Positions 10,445 through 23,132 of a stretch of 64,000 bases of DNA are shown here, one piece after another. The stretch is taken from NCBI GenBank assembly GCA_973895155.1, contig OZ316894.1, forward strand, positions 1-64,000. The letters run 5' to 3'. Under the pieces are notes generated by a model. The model was not told the DNA's origin. It was given only the letters and a program-made list of their open reading frames with translations, and made no database searches. The number at the start of each line of letters is the position of its first letter. Positions within the stretch are counted from its first letter, which is position 1. This stretch comes from Marsupella aquatica (lineage: Eukaryota; Plantae; Marchantiophyta). Made by a program: the position numbers and the translations under genes.

Positions 10445-12861
10445 CAAAATTGAATGGTGACACATTTGATGCTAACGGAGTTTAAAGGTTTCAACATGAA
10501 AGCTATGGGAGTCTACGGTTTAACCGGAAATGTTATGGGAGCCTCCACTTTAACCGGAAATGTTGTGGGAGTCCATATGCTGAAACTTGGAGACATACCA
10601 TGTATCGCATGTGAGACACAGCCTTTACATAAGAGTGTTGTATGGTGGGTTGGACAGTGAAGGCGATTTGGGTCCTAGGAGTGTCTGAATGGAATTGCAA
10701 CACAAATGGAGGTGAGTAGCAAGGCATGGATACCGCAACCATGGATGTTGTACAGAAGAGAAGCTCCATCACTGCACACTCAGCCTGAAACCACGCCACG
10801 CCACTGCCACCAGTAAGCATAAAAAATGCAACCATTCGGAAATGCCTTCGCTCGAAGACTGCATCCGACAGTGAATGACTCTAATCCATCACTTGCTGCA
10901 ATTATTGACGATGTCAGTACGCCATCCAAGCGATGCAAGATTCAAGATGCAGATTGAAGGGAATTTGGAGGTGGCGAGCACAGTCAGGACCAGATTGAAG
11001 GCCAGCGACAGGAATTCTCGAAGGCCAATGCTTCCCGACCAAAATACCGACCCAACAATAATGCAGAAGGGAATTTGAAGGTGACGAGCACATTAAGGAA
11101 CCAGATTGAAGGCTGGTACAAGAATTCTAGAAGCATTGACCAAGCTTTGTTTCCTTTGTATTTCTCACGAACCCAAATTGAATGGTGACACTTTTGATGC
11201 TAACGGAGTCCAATGGTTTCAACATGAATGTTATAGCTGCAAAAGACATTTATTGGAAATGTTATGGGAGTGCGGGACTACAAGTGAGTCACAATGAATG
11301 CTAGTGGTGTATGAACACTTAAAAAATAATGTTATGGGAGCCTACGGCAACCACCCGTAAGTCACCCTAATCAATACTAGTGGAGTTTAAAGGTTTTAAT
11401 AATAATGTTGTGGGAGTCCAAATAATGAAACGTTGAGACCGTGCACTGCATGTAGGAGACCATGCACCGCGCTCCCTAAATACCCTGAAATGGCCTGAAG
11501 ACCGGCCTCATTGCACGCGCTGTGCAGAGAAGATATATACAGGAGTTGCAGCACAGATGGAGGTGAGTAGCAAGGCATGAATACTGCAACCATGGATGTT
11601 GTACAGAAGAGAAGCTCCATCACTGCACACTCGGCCTGAAACCACGCCACGCCACTGCCACCAGTAAGCATGAAAAACACAACCATTCGGAAATGCCTTC
11701 GCTTTGAAGACTGCATCCGACAACGACTCTAATCCATCACTTGCTGCAATTATTGATAACGTCAGTACGCCATCCAAGCGATGCAAGATTCAAGATGCAG
11801 ATTGAAGGGAATTTGGAGGTGGCGAGCACAGTCAAGGACCAGATTGAAGGCCAGCGACAGGAATTCTCGAAGGCCAATGCTTCCCGACCAAAATACCGAC
11901 CCAACAATAATGCAGAAGGGAATTTGAAGGTGACGAGCACATTAAGGAACCAGATTGAAGGCTAGTACAGGAATTCTAGAAGCATTGACCAAGCTTTGTT
12001 TCCTTTGTATTTCTCACGAACCCAAATTGAATGGTGACACTTTTGATGCTAACGGAGTCCAATGGTTTCAACATGAATGTTATAGCTGCAAAAGACTTTT
12101 ATTGGAAATGTTATGGGAGTGCGGGACTACAAGTGAGTCACAATGAATGCTAGTGGTGTATGAACACTTAAAAAATAATGTTATGGGAGCCTACGACAAC
12201 CACCCGTAAGTCACCCTAATCAATACTAGCGGAGTTTAAAGGTTTTAATAATAATGTTGTGGGAGTCCAAATAATGAAACGTTGAGACCGTGCACTGCAT
12301 GTAGGAGACCATGCACCGCGCTCCCTAAATACCCTGAAATGGCCTGAAGACCGGCCTCATTGCACGCGCTGTGCAGAGAAGATATATACAGGGAATTTGA
12401 AGGTGATGAGCACATTAAAGAACCAGATTGAAGGCTGGTACAGGAATTCTAGAAGCATTGACCAAGCTTTGTTTCCTTTGTATTTCTCACGAACCTAATT
12501 GAATGGTGACACTTTTGATGCTAATGGAGTCCAATGGTTTCAACATGAATGTTATAGCTGCAAAAGACTTTTATTGGAAATGTTATGGGAGTGCGGGACT
12601 ACAAGTGAGTCACAATGAATGCTAGTGGTGTATGAACACTTAAAAATTAATGTTATGGGAGCCTACGATAACCACCCGTAAGTCACCCTAATCAATACTA
12701 GCGGAGTTTAAAGGTTTTGATAATAATGTTGTGGGAGTCCAAATGTTGAAACGTTGAGACCGTGCACTGCATGTAGGAGACCATGCACCGCGCTCCCTAA
12801 ATACCCTGAAATGGCCTGAAGACCGGCCTCATTGCACGCGCTGTGCAGAGAAGATATATAC
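10445..12861 (+). repeat. Head-to-tail array: two ~850-bp units plus a ~470-bp 5'-truncated unit
   Basis: Near-identical ORFs offset by 849 bp (11106 vs 11955). All units end in TGCACGCGCTGTGCAGAGAAGATATATAC (~11540, ~12389, ~12861). Confidence 0.9.
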
Positions 12862-13220
12862 GGAAGGCCACTGGGACGAAAAAGTAAAATCGTTATAAAA
12901 TATGCTGCATGGGAGGGTTATTCACAGGAATCTGTCATCAGCTTGTAAATATAAGGTTTGCCGTCATGTGATAAACATGGTTGTTCTTGTAGCTCAGTGC
13001 TGCTTTTACGATAAATTTTTCCATATGATAAACATGATTGTTGTCTTATATGATATGGAGTGTTATTCCTTCTGAGTATCGGGCTATTACTATAAAGTCT
13101 GCCATGTGCTTGTGACGAGAAGGCTCACCCTAACCTACGAACTCCACGAAAAGTGGATATGGTCGGATTTGTGTCTTTGAGTCAAAGCTCACTCTTCGGG
13201 TGTGTGTAGTGTGTGTCATT

Positions 13221-13500
13221 TGATATCGTGTCAATTCTATACTTGAAACTGAGAACATCACTTTGATCGGGAGACGATTCCTTTCTCACAATAGATTCTG
13301 AAGGCGAAGCTCATTCAGAACCTGTGCTCCGCCAGAAGTGTATCTCGTTGGATTTGCATAGTTTTAAAATTGTTTGCATCATTCTGGTCGTTCGTATTCT
13401 TTGGTCCACTGACATCGTGTCAACTCTAGGTTGGAAAACTGAGAATACCAATTTGATCGGAACACGAGTGCCTTCCTCACAATAGAGTTCGAGGTGCGGG
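13221..13500 (+). repeat. Degenerate ~85-bp direct repeat (13221 and 13411)
   Basis: GA(T/C)ATCGTGTCAA..CTA..TTG(G)AAACTGAGAA..TTTGATCGG..CTCACAATAGA. Confidence 0.6.
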
Positions 13501-13896
13501 ATCTATCTCTATTTAGTCAATTGGAAACTTGATTCTTGTCAGATCCGGAGCTGCTCGGAGCTTCAGATCGTGAGGGATTGGGAATGCTTAGAGCTTCAGA
13601 TAATGTGGATGTATTGCAAGTGGGCTGTAGCTCACACCATTAGTATGGTGAGATCATTTAGATGTGGGGCAAGGATATATACTGCTTTGAGTTGCTAAGA
13701 CATCGTTCAACAGAGATCGTTGTTAGCGAAACTACAATCATGGTGAATGCTTTGTTGAGTTTCTGGGTACTTTCCCTGCCATCAATGAATCAAATTTCTT
13801 GTACTTTCTCTGTAATTTTGATTCATGCTGTTGTTGGACTGCAGAAACGAGTACATGAGGTGATGAACGTCACCGGGAGGCGAGCACGACAACAAC

Positions 13897-15953
13897 ATGA
13901 ATAAATTGCAATCAGGCTCGTGGTCCAATCCAAGCGTCTCGTGGATTCCATCACCACTCCTAACTTTGCAGCAGCATCTTCTCACTGTACCCTTGGCGAT
14001 TGTAGTGGTACACGTGGTGTTCTACTGGCACACATTCAGGCGAAAGGATCGTCATCGGAGACCTCCTGGTCCCCGACCATGGCCAGTCATTGGGAATCTT
14101 GCGGTCATCGGACCTCTTCCTCACAGGGACTTTCAAAAGCTCGCCAAGCAATATGGACCTATCTTCCGCTTGCTTCTGGGTTCAAAAGAAACGATTATCG
14201 TCTCTTCCCCCAAAATTGCTGAGGAGATACTCAAGACACATGACATTGCATTTGCCTCGCGACCAAAGCTCACTCAGTTCACAATCATGAGCTACGGTAG
14301 CCAGACCGTTATCACGGCTCCCTATGGACCATTCTGGCGCCATGCAAGGAAAGTGTTCAGTCTTGAGCTCCTGACCAACAAAAGAATCCAACAATTCCAG
14401 GTTCATAAATTACGCCCTACCAAATCCACAGTTAGCTATATTTTACGGTCGCTTCAATTTGTTTTCGTCATTTGAGAGTACATGTAACCTGATCTGATTT
14501 TATTCTCAAGGCCGGATGGATTTCTACAACGGAAAGAACGATTTATCCGGCCTTTGCAATGAAACGAGATCAGCTGCTTGTCTTGGAAACAACCGAACAA
14601 TTGTGCTAGCTGGGACCGGTTTAATCATATCAAACAGAGTTAATTTATTAGAGACATTACGAATTCCCTGTTTTGCTCCCTGTGTTAAAAGCTTCTTGAG
14701 TACCTTTGATCGAAGTTGTTCTTCGTTGTGATCGTTCATTCAGAACATTAGGAAAGAAGAGGTTTCAAGTGCATTGCACTCCATATTCGAAGAATGTAAA
14801 AGTGGGAAACCAGTTTGCTTGAGCCATTATCTGAAGCAGCTCGCCATGAACATCACTCGAATGATTATGAACAAGAGCTTCCTCGGGCCCAAGTCCTCTG
14901 TAGATCCTGGCGAAGCCACAATGGCAATGGAAACCCTTGAGGAGGTGTTCAAATTAAATGGCAGCTTCATCATCGGAGATTACATTCCAATCCTGAAGCC
15001 CTTCGACCTTCAAGGCTCTCTAAAATGGATGCGAGCCGTGGGTCAAAGAATGACAAGTTCTTCCAGAAAATCATCGATGACCGCCGGCAAACACTTCTTT
15101 CTTCAAAGCAACACACCGAGAACGAAGCCATGGATTTCGTCGATAAGCTGCTCACACGTCCCACCGCAGATGGAGAGAAGCCGTGGATGAACACGCAAAT
15201 TAAAGGAATCTTAATGGTATGCACTAGCCTGTCTCCGGTGTTAATTCACGTCTTCTCCTTTCGTTGTGACATTTTGTTTTCTCCATCTGGCTTGCAAGAA
15301 TGTTTTTGAGTTCCAATATTTCTTAATAGTTACTAAACAATGAGAGACTTGTGTGTACAATGGCGGAGCTCGTCAGACACCCACATGTCCTTAAAAAGGC
15401 TCAAGACGAGGTGGACACTATTGTGGGACAGCACCGACTCGTGGAGGAAACCGACACCCCCAACTTGAAGTATTTGCGTTGCATCCTGATGGAAGCCTTG
15501 CGATTGCACCCTGCTGGCCCGATGCTGTTACCCCACGAGTGCAGGGAGGCACGCGAGGTGGCAGGGTATCACATACCAGAGAAATCTCAAGTTTACGTCA
15601 ATGTTTACGCAATAGGGAGGGACCCTGAAGTCTGGGAGCGTCCCCTTGAATTTTATCCAGAAAGGTTTTTGTCGACTACAATAGATATGCTCGGGCAAGA
15701 TTTCAAGCTCTTGCCCTTTGGATCTGGGAGAAGAATGTGCCCTAAGAAGAATTTGGCACTCACCCTGGTAGACTACATTCTGGCCGCGTTCCTTCGAGCT
15801 TACGATTGGACTCTTCCTCCCGGTGTCAGCCCTGAGGATGTGGACTTAGGGGAGGTACCTGGAGCTGCGGTTTACTGTATGCGGACCCCCATTGAGGTTA
15901 TTGCGTCTCCAAGATTGCCGATGAATGTTTATCGCTCCCTTTCATCAGAATAG
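13897..15953 (+). pseudogene. Cytochrome P450, CYP71 clan, pseudogene (exons ~13897-14400, 14744-15216, ~15359-15953)
   Basis: PPGPRPWPVIGNL, WRHARK, EALR (ExxR), FYPERF and PFGSGRRMCP motifs. Frameshift at ~15052 (RM/DKFFQ). The I-helix AGxDT segment and the exon-3 acceptor are missing. CPG is changed to CPK. Confidence 0.9.
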
Positions 15954-16011
15954 CCAATCGAGACTCGTCTGTGTAAGTATCAGGGTAAATATGGTGCATA
16001 GCATTGTTGAG

Positions 16012-16718
16012 CAGCTAAGGAGGATGGCCGCTTCAGGCTCTTCTACCCTTCCATTTTGAAGACCTTGATACATTATACTACGATTGACAACTGGTCAATA
16101 AATTATCTTTTCAGGCAAGGGTTACGGTCCCAGTGGTGTGGCTTGACAAGAACTTTGCAAGCACTAGATCGAGAAGATTTCATTTGTCTCGAGAGATCGC
16201 TTGTGGTAGAAGATAGATCTGACAACAGGGAGAGAACAAAAACTGAAGTAGTAGTCTGCAGATTGCGAAAGCTGTTGAATTCAACTGGATTTTTCCAAAT
16301 GCGCTAGGATGGGCCAATCTACAATCCCATCCAATGCGCTTTTCAGTCAATAAGTATGCATGTTTCAGCTAAGGAGGCGGGCCGCTTCAGTCTCTTCTAC
16401 CCTTCCACCTTTGAAGACCTTGATACATGAATATATCCTGCAATTGACAGTCAATAAATCATCTTTTCGGGCTTGGGATAAGGGCCCAGTGGTGCGGCTA
16501 GCCACGAACTAGATCGAAAAAGATTTCCTGTGTCTCGAGAGATTGATTATGGTAGAAGACAGATTCGACAGCAGGGAGAGAATGAAAAACTAAAGCAGTA
16601 GTCTGCAGATTGTGAAAGCTCCTCAATTCAACTGATTTATTTTTCCAAATTGGCAAGGATGGGCCAATCTACAGTCCCATTCAATGCGATTGTTTCAGTC
16701 AATAAGTATGTTTCAGCA
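16012..16718 (+). repeat. Tandem duplication of a ~354-bp unit
   Basis: CAGCTAAGGAGG..GGCCGCTTCAG at ~16012 and ~16366; both units end GTCAATAAGTATG..TTTCAGC. Confidence 0.85.
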
Positions 16719-16788
16719 TACCGGTCCAGAGTCAGGGATCAGTCATTCAACTTCATTAAATCTCGTAAATTAAAATGAAAAACTTTTA

Positions 16789-16884
16789 TTACTTGATGGA
16801 CCCCATGAGTGATCCCGTACCCTTGATAGACCTTGTATCAACTGTCCTAAAATCTCAAGGGGCCTCATAGGGTCCATTAAGTAA
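16789..16884. repeat. Inverted repeat/hairpin (21-bp arms), MITE-like
   Basis: TTACTTGATGGACCCCATGAG (16789-16809) pairs with CTCATAGGGTCCATTAAGTAA (16864-16884), 2 mismatches. Confidence 0.65.
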
Positions 16885-17119
16885 CACTTCTCAATTTAGG
16901 GGTCCATCCAGTATCTCTCTCTCTGATTATTTGTGCTGCACTTTGAGCAGATCATGTTTGGAGGGAGGCAGTCCCTAGCTGACACCCACATTCCGTTTTG
17001 AGACGTCTGACTTTGGATAGCTTCATTTGGCCTCTTTGCCACCCTGTATGACTTCTTGCTTCCTAGTGTACTTTGGGTTCTGTTCAAGTTTCCAACAAGG
17101 ATCGTTTTGATTAGTGTGT

Positions 17120-17800
17120 ACACTAAAGTCCTGTTTAGAGGGCATTATTATGGGATATACTGCTGCCCAAGAAAGTCAGAGCTTCAGTGCAGTTTTGAGA
17201 GGCTATTATTGCCCATCATGCTCTGGAAACAGGAATTTGCTACACTTCAGGTCTGAGAGATTTTTATTTTTTCACACTTTTAGTAAAAGTGTAGGAGAAT
17301 TTTCCTACAAAGGTGATCAAGATCTTGACCAGGGCATTATGCGCCCAGAATATTTTCCTACAAAGGTGGTCGAGATCTTGACCAGGGCAAGAATGCCATG
17401 AAAATCTAGAGGCAAAAACTCACAAAGGACATTAAGTTACAGTAAAGTCATCTTTAGAGGACACTATGGGCTAAAATGCCCCCAAAAATACAAACACTAA
17501 AAACGCAGAGGACATTAAGTATAGACAAGGTCTTGTTTAGAGGGCACTATGGGATATAATGCCCCAAAAATGAGAACTTGAGCTGAACTTTTGATGGGCT
17601 ATTATTGCCTATAAGGCTGCAGAAACAATACCTTAATATACCTAAAGGGTAAATTAGAGCAAAATCTTATTAACGAGGTGATACAGATCTTGACTTTATG
17701 TATACAATAAAGTCCTGAAAAATACAAAAGGAAAATTCACAAGTCCTGCAAATACAAAGGGAAAAATCACCAACGGCATTAAGATTAAACAAACATCCTC
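17120..17800. repeat. Degenerate subterminal-type repeats (TTTAGAGGGCACTATGGG, GATCTTGACCAGGGC, GGACATTAAG)
   Basis: Each motif recurs 2-3 times; TE-like. Confidence 0.5.
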
Positions 17801-18942
17801 TAAAGCGGAATCAGCTCTGAGAGTCGCAGGAACGCGTGCCGGTAGTCCTGACCTTAACCGCAGTTAGTGCAAATGACATCGACGGCCATAACAGTGACTT
17901 CCCGGTGCAGTCGACATCGCCACGGTCGATTTGAACCCCCACTGTTAGTGACTGAGCTAAGTCGGAGTTACGGCCCTCAAGGACGGGACGGACCCCGATC
18001 TCGGTCCCACGCAAAGGGTGCCTCGACGCAAAGATCGGAGAACACGCGAAGCATGAAGATCGAGCATGTTCAAGATTCCACCGCAATAAGGTGGAGTGGA
18101 TTCACTCGGAGTGGAGAATCACTGAGTTCTGATCTGGTGTCTGGCCTGACGATGCCTTCGGCAAGGACGCCCTCACAAAAACGTACCCACGTTCGCCTTA
18201 CTTTGAATGTGCATTGTGGAAAGCACAGATTCTGAAAATTCTGCTCCATTAGTTTCATAGTTCTGAGCTTTGAGTCGGGCAATTGACCTTTCGAGTGAAT
18301 TCTATGAGTGATTTTCCTTTTCAGACGAATTAGGTGCGAGAGGCGATTGAGATTCCGAGCTAGAAGAACAATTTGAAGTTCCAGTCCACAATCCTTCAAT
18401 TGCTTTCGGGACTGTTATGGTGATGATGAGGTGAGAAGCGAGTTCGTCGAGAGATGCACAAGGTTGTGGTGGCTGCGGATAGCAATGTACACAGTTAGGA
18501 CGTTCGGAATTTGAAGGAGTCGTACGTGTTCACTTGAACATCTCTCACACAGTCTCCTCTAGTCATTCAATGGTTCATTTGCACGAGAAAGAACCGGGAA
18601 AAGAGTGCACGAGACTACGGTTCTTCTAGTTGGGAGATTTCTCTCGATGATCAATTTGTTGAGTGTGGAGGATACTTCTGTTTGAAGTAGACAGTGAGGG
18701 TGGATGCATGGCTCGAGCAGGTGTGTGGGAGCACTCTACGCCTCCTGTAACTGAAAGAATATGTAGAGCAAGGAATGGGCCCAAGCGCATTTGAAGTTTC
18801 CCTCCTCTTTTGATTTGAATTTGTGACTCTAACAAGCTCTGGAGTAACGACGCTGAAGGTAACGCTGACGTAACAACCCCCGATAGTTGTTGGAGACGAG
18901 TATCCGCTCCTACTCGTTGTTCTTTCTCGTCGCGGGACTTAG

Positions 18943-19847
18943 TAGAGATAGCCGATGGCATCACAATCGCTCTGGTGCTCCAGCCAAGCACAGCTCCTTG
19001 TTCCCAGAGCTACTGTCCAGAGTGCAAACCTACGTCGTGGCAGTCCTAGTGTGAACCAACCTTGATCAGGCCCCAAGAAAGCTGACAGAGCGGCTACATA
19101 CTGAGGCTTGATTCCAAGCTGTGAAAATCCTGCACTTATCTGAGCATGCTTTGTCCCAGATGGGAACTCTGCCCTCTGGGTCCAGCCCCGTAGCATCTGC
19201 TCGTCCCAGCTGTTTATCGAACTGTCCCCATTGCCCATTTGATCCGGCCCCTTTTCCTCCTTGCCCCCGCACTTCCGAATTGCAGCTCGAATGAATGTGC
19301 ACCGACTGAGCAGCCAGGTGGATCAAATCAGCTTTAGTATTATGTCAGTCTTTGTCTGCTGTTGCTCCTTTTGGAGTCTTTGTCTGCTGTTGCTCCCTTT
19401 GGCTCAGCGTCCAAAGCTGTTGACTACCTCGGGCTTGTTTGATAGTAGGTAGGCATGGGGTCGCTGCGAGTTGTTGTACTGTCCTGTATACTTTAGTGGC
19501 GCACCTCCTACCGAAGTATCATGTCTTTCCCCTCCTCAAATCGGCTAAGGTTCTGTACCATAGCATCCGTCTATCATCGGTATCAAGTTCTAATCACATT
19601 GGCTTGCTACAACATTACTCCGACAAGTCTCAGTGACCCAACAGCATCGCGATCCCTAACTACTCCGCCAAATTTTCCAAAGCTCAGCACAGTATTGACT
19701 TTACACGTCACCTCTTAAGCAAACCATTCATTCCTATAGACTCAAGCAACCGATGCTCAGAGTCTCATCGCCTTCGCAGATCATTGGGGGGCAACAGACC
19801 ACCGGCAGCACTTGAGAGATAGATAGGATGCATGCCGACGCGGGAGC
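18943..19847. repeat. Duplicated block 1, copy B, including TL29-like fragment (~19065-19332, minus strand)
   Basis: ORFs 19066..19326 (GSNGQWGQFDKQLGRADATGLDPEGRVPIWDKA) and 18939..19238 (LGIKPQYVAALSAFLGPDQ) match TL29. Confidence 0.85.
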
Positions 19848-19850
19848 CTT

Positions 19851-20192
19851 GAAGATGTGGAGCATAATGGATACGTTATTCCTAAGGGTTGGCGGACTTT
19901 TGTGAGCTACCATTTTCACATGGATCCAAATTTGTATCCAGATCCTCTGAAGTTTGACCCTTCCAGATTTAACGAACCCGTAAAGCCCAGCACTTTCATT
20001 CCATTTGGGAGTGGTGGACACCTGTGTGTTGGATTCGAGTTTGAACTCACGATGATACCCCTGATCATACATCGTGTCGTCACAAATTTCAGTTTCGAGC
20101 TTGACGGAGAGGACGGAGTGATTTTCTGGCCCGCCTACATTCCAAAGAATGGCTACCCACTCAAGATCAGGCGCCTGAACCGACAAGTTTAG
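19851..20192 (+). pseudogene. Cytochrome P450 C-terminal fragment (CYP85-clan-like)
   Basis: EDVEHNGYVIPKGW...YPDPLKFDPSRF...FIPFGSGGHLCVG. No N-terminal part; begins directly at the end of duplicated block 1. Confidence 0.8.
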
Positions 20193-21601
20193 CTAGCGCG
20201 GGAACTTTGCGTGCGGGATATCAAAGCATTGGAGCTACGAAGTTTCGTTGGGTCAGTTGTCCTTCACACTACGGGGTCGGGTTTTTTGCCCCTCACTCGA
20301 CTCCTGCTCGTCAATGGATGATGGTCAATCAGCAACAAATAATCGGACTGTCGCGCTCTGATAGGTGAATTTTTAGTCAGAAGAGTCTTCTTGTGTACAC
20401 TATTATTTAGCTTGGTATTGTAGTTCGCATTGTGGTTGGAAGCTTAGAACTTTGTGGGCATGATTTCCCTTTGGCTTTGGCCATGAATTCGACAGGAATT
20501 CAGATTCGTGTCCTTCGGCATGGCCTTTACCGTACGCAAGTTCATAGACTCAAGTTTTATGACTATATGCTGTGATTTCACAAAAACTTGAGAGATTTGT
20601 TGGACCAGTACTGTGCTTCAATTCTTCTTCTGCCAAAAGTTGACAGAATGCTGCCTAATTGTACATGTTATCTTGATTGCACAAACTTGAATTGGTTCCA
20701 TGATTCCATAACTAGGGAGGATCTCAAGGCTGGATCGAAATGGGAGCTTCGAGAAGGATTGGGATACGTTGATCAGATTTCAGCGTCAAATGTTGTGTAC
20801 TATAGGTAGAGAATGGAGTCCCATTGAATGTTGTCAAACTCTTTCTCTGATGGGATGAATGTGTCTGGAAGGTGACGCCAATTGAGTGGATTCGCCCCCG
20901 GCGTGAGGCCTACAATTTATTCATTTTGGCGGATCGCGACTGAAGTTGAAGCCCAGATGGAACCTCGGCCTTGAACCTCATATATCTCTCGGATGACAGT
21001 CAGATTGAGAGACTCAAAAAATCTGCACTGCCTCCTAAATCCACACTCGTATATACTTCGACTCATGCAAGGTTAGCTCAGATTTTCCCTGGTTAGAAGA
21101 GGGGAGTCAGTCCTTCTAGGAGGCCACCAACGACCACGCTTCCACTAGAATCGACAGCATTCGTCTGTCGAACACCAATAAGCTGCAGTTAATAGATGAG
21201 GTAAAGCAACGAGGTCTGCCGTGTCAGTACATTGAACCCGCCGCGAATAGATTTGGGTACGTTTTACACATTGACATTTCAGATCGCAAACCAGGAATTC
21301 TATTCGGTTTTGCAAGCAGATAAAAAAATTCAGAGCGGATTGTTCAGGACTTGGCATGCGAAGTTTCACAAATTTTCTTGACTAATTTCTAAGCTTTTGG
21401 ATTGACGGTAATCTCTAGAACACTTTTTTGGAACTGGAGCAATCGAGAAGACTTATCAGTGGGTTTTAGCAAGGTCCAGAGAATTGGTTTACAGTTATGG
21501 ATCACTTTGACTTATTTGGTACTCATTCGAGTTGTAAATCAATTCACATTTCCAGGCTTGCTAACGATGAGGAGAGCTCACGGAGAGCACAGATAGTGCA
21601 G

Positions 21602-22434
21602 CGACTATCGCAGCTTGAGTTTTTCAATTGGGCTTGTTACCAGTCTTGTCGTCTTGAGCTTCATCGAGGAGTCTCTAACATGTGTACTGTCGCTCGTCTG
21701 GTTAGATCGACTTTGTATCGACTGCTGCTGCCAACAGATCCTTGTGGTGAGTTCTCCCTTCTCTATTTCGAATGTATCTTCCCTCCATTCTGTTGTGCCT
21801 CCCCCTAGAGTCCTGTGGGCAGGATAGAGATGGATCCTCCGAGCTTGTATAGGAGGAGAGATTAATGGACAATGGTTTAATTAGCAAAGAGGCAATTTGA
21901 TCGCATGCGCAAGTATGCAGAGAATGATGTCATTGTCCCGGCGAAGTAACAGAGTTTCTGAACGCAGAGCAAGGTGAAACCGAGGTTACATTGGGTGATG
22001 CCGAGAAGATCATCAATGAGCAGATGGCTCACGAGAATACGATATTGATGAAAGCGAAGCACTCCTTCACGTTGGATGCATTCCTCCAGTACCTTCTCGA
22101 CCCGGTTGTCAACATTGCTTACTTAAACAAGGTGAGACGAAACTAGACGCGTCAATTTTTCCGTTTCTCATGTTTCGAGTAAGGCACGAATTAGAGTGGA
22201 GCCAATCCAGTACTTCACGGTGAATTCTAGCACACTATTGTGGCGGCCGTAGTCGGCAGATCGGTGCAGATTGACTTGTGTGTTCCGACAATGCGTGATT
22301 CTATAAAGCTGTGAAGAGGGTCTATATATGGCGGATCTTTACAGGTACGGATGGCTCATAGGCAGTTTTGTGACTTTCGTGGTCGGAAGCTGCCTTCAAT
22401 CTGTCCTGAGATAAGGCTGGGAAATGCTTGCCAT
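21602..22434. repeat. Duplicated block 2, copy B, including PI-PLC fragment (~21886-22131)
   Basis: Collinear with 3618-4714; carries different lesions from copy A. Confidence 0.85.
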
Positions 22435-23132
22435 CAAGGGAAACTAGGTTCTCATTGTGTGTAAATTAAGGCTTCAAGAAAAAATGACTAGTCTTGAGGG
22501 CTATAGTTCAATTTTTATTGATCATTTATCTGAGGTTTTGTCCTTCTTCTAGATTGCAGGATGTTGTGTATCTATAGTGAGAAATAATTATATCTCGTCA
22601 TTGAGTTTGATGACCTGGACTTCAAGAGGCATGGACTTCTCCCCACTTTTGAAATTAGATTCTGGTGGGTGCAATAGGTCCAATTTATATGTGTGGTGCA
22701 ACGTTACATTGAAAAACCTAAATTGGTGCTTCTACTACTAGAGCAAGGTTGAGGTGAGTCGGGGAGTTGGAGTTTGTATCTAATCTTTGCAATTCATATT
22801 TCAATGAGATATGTGTAGACACATCCACCGTGTATTTTCTAAAAGTTTTATTCTTCAAAAATCCAAAAAATGACATTTCCACAACCCACTCAAGTAAGTA
22901 ACATAATTTCTATTTTTTTCAATAATTTTTTTAAAAATTATTAATATAATAGACATTGTGGATTTAAGTAATTAAAAAATATTATATTATTACAAGTTTA
23001 TATTAATTTTTAATTAAAATTACTATTGATAATAAATATTTACTATATTTAATAGTGTAACAGTTTTATTTAAAAAGTTTGGAAAACAATTTGATTAGTA
23101 CTGACACAAAAATGAAATTGACAATTTTGCAG

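Noticed and set aside
23079-23132. N-terminal extension of the first dioxygenase ORF
   Set aside because: The start is TTG in AT-rich intron-like sequence, and an acceptor precedes ATG 23133, matching the paralog's start.
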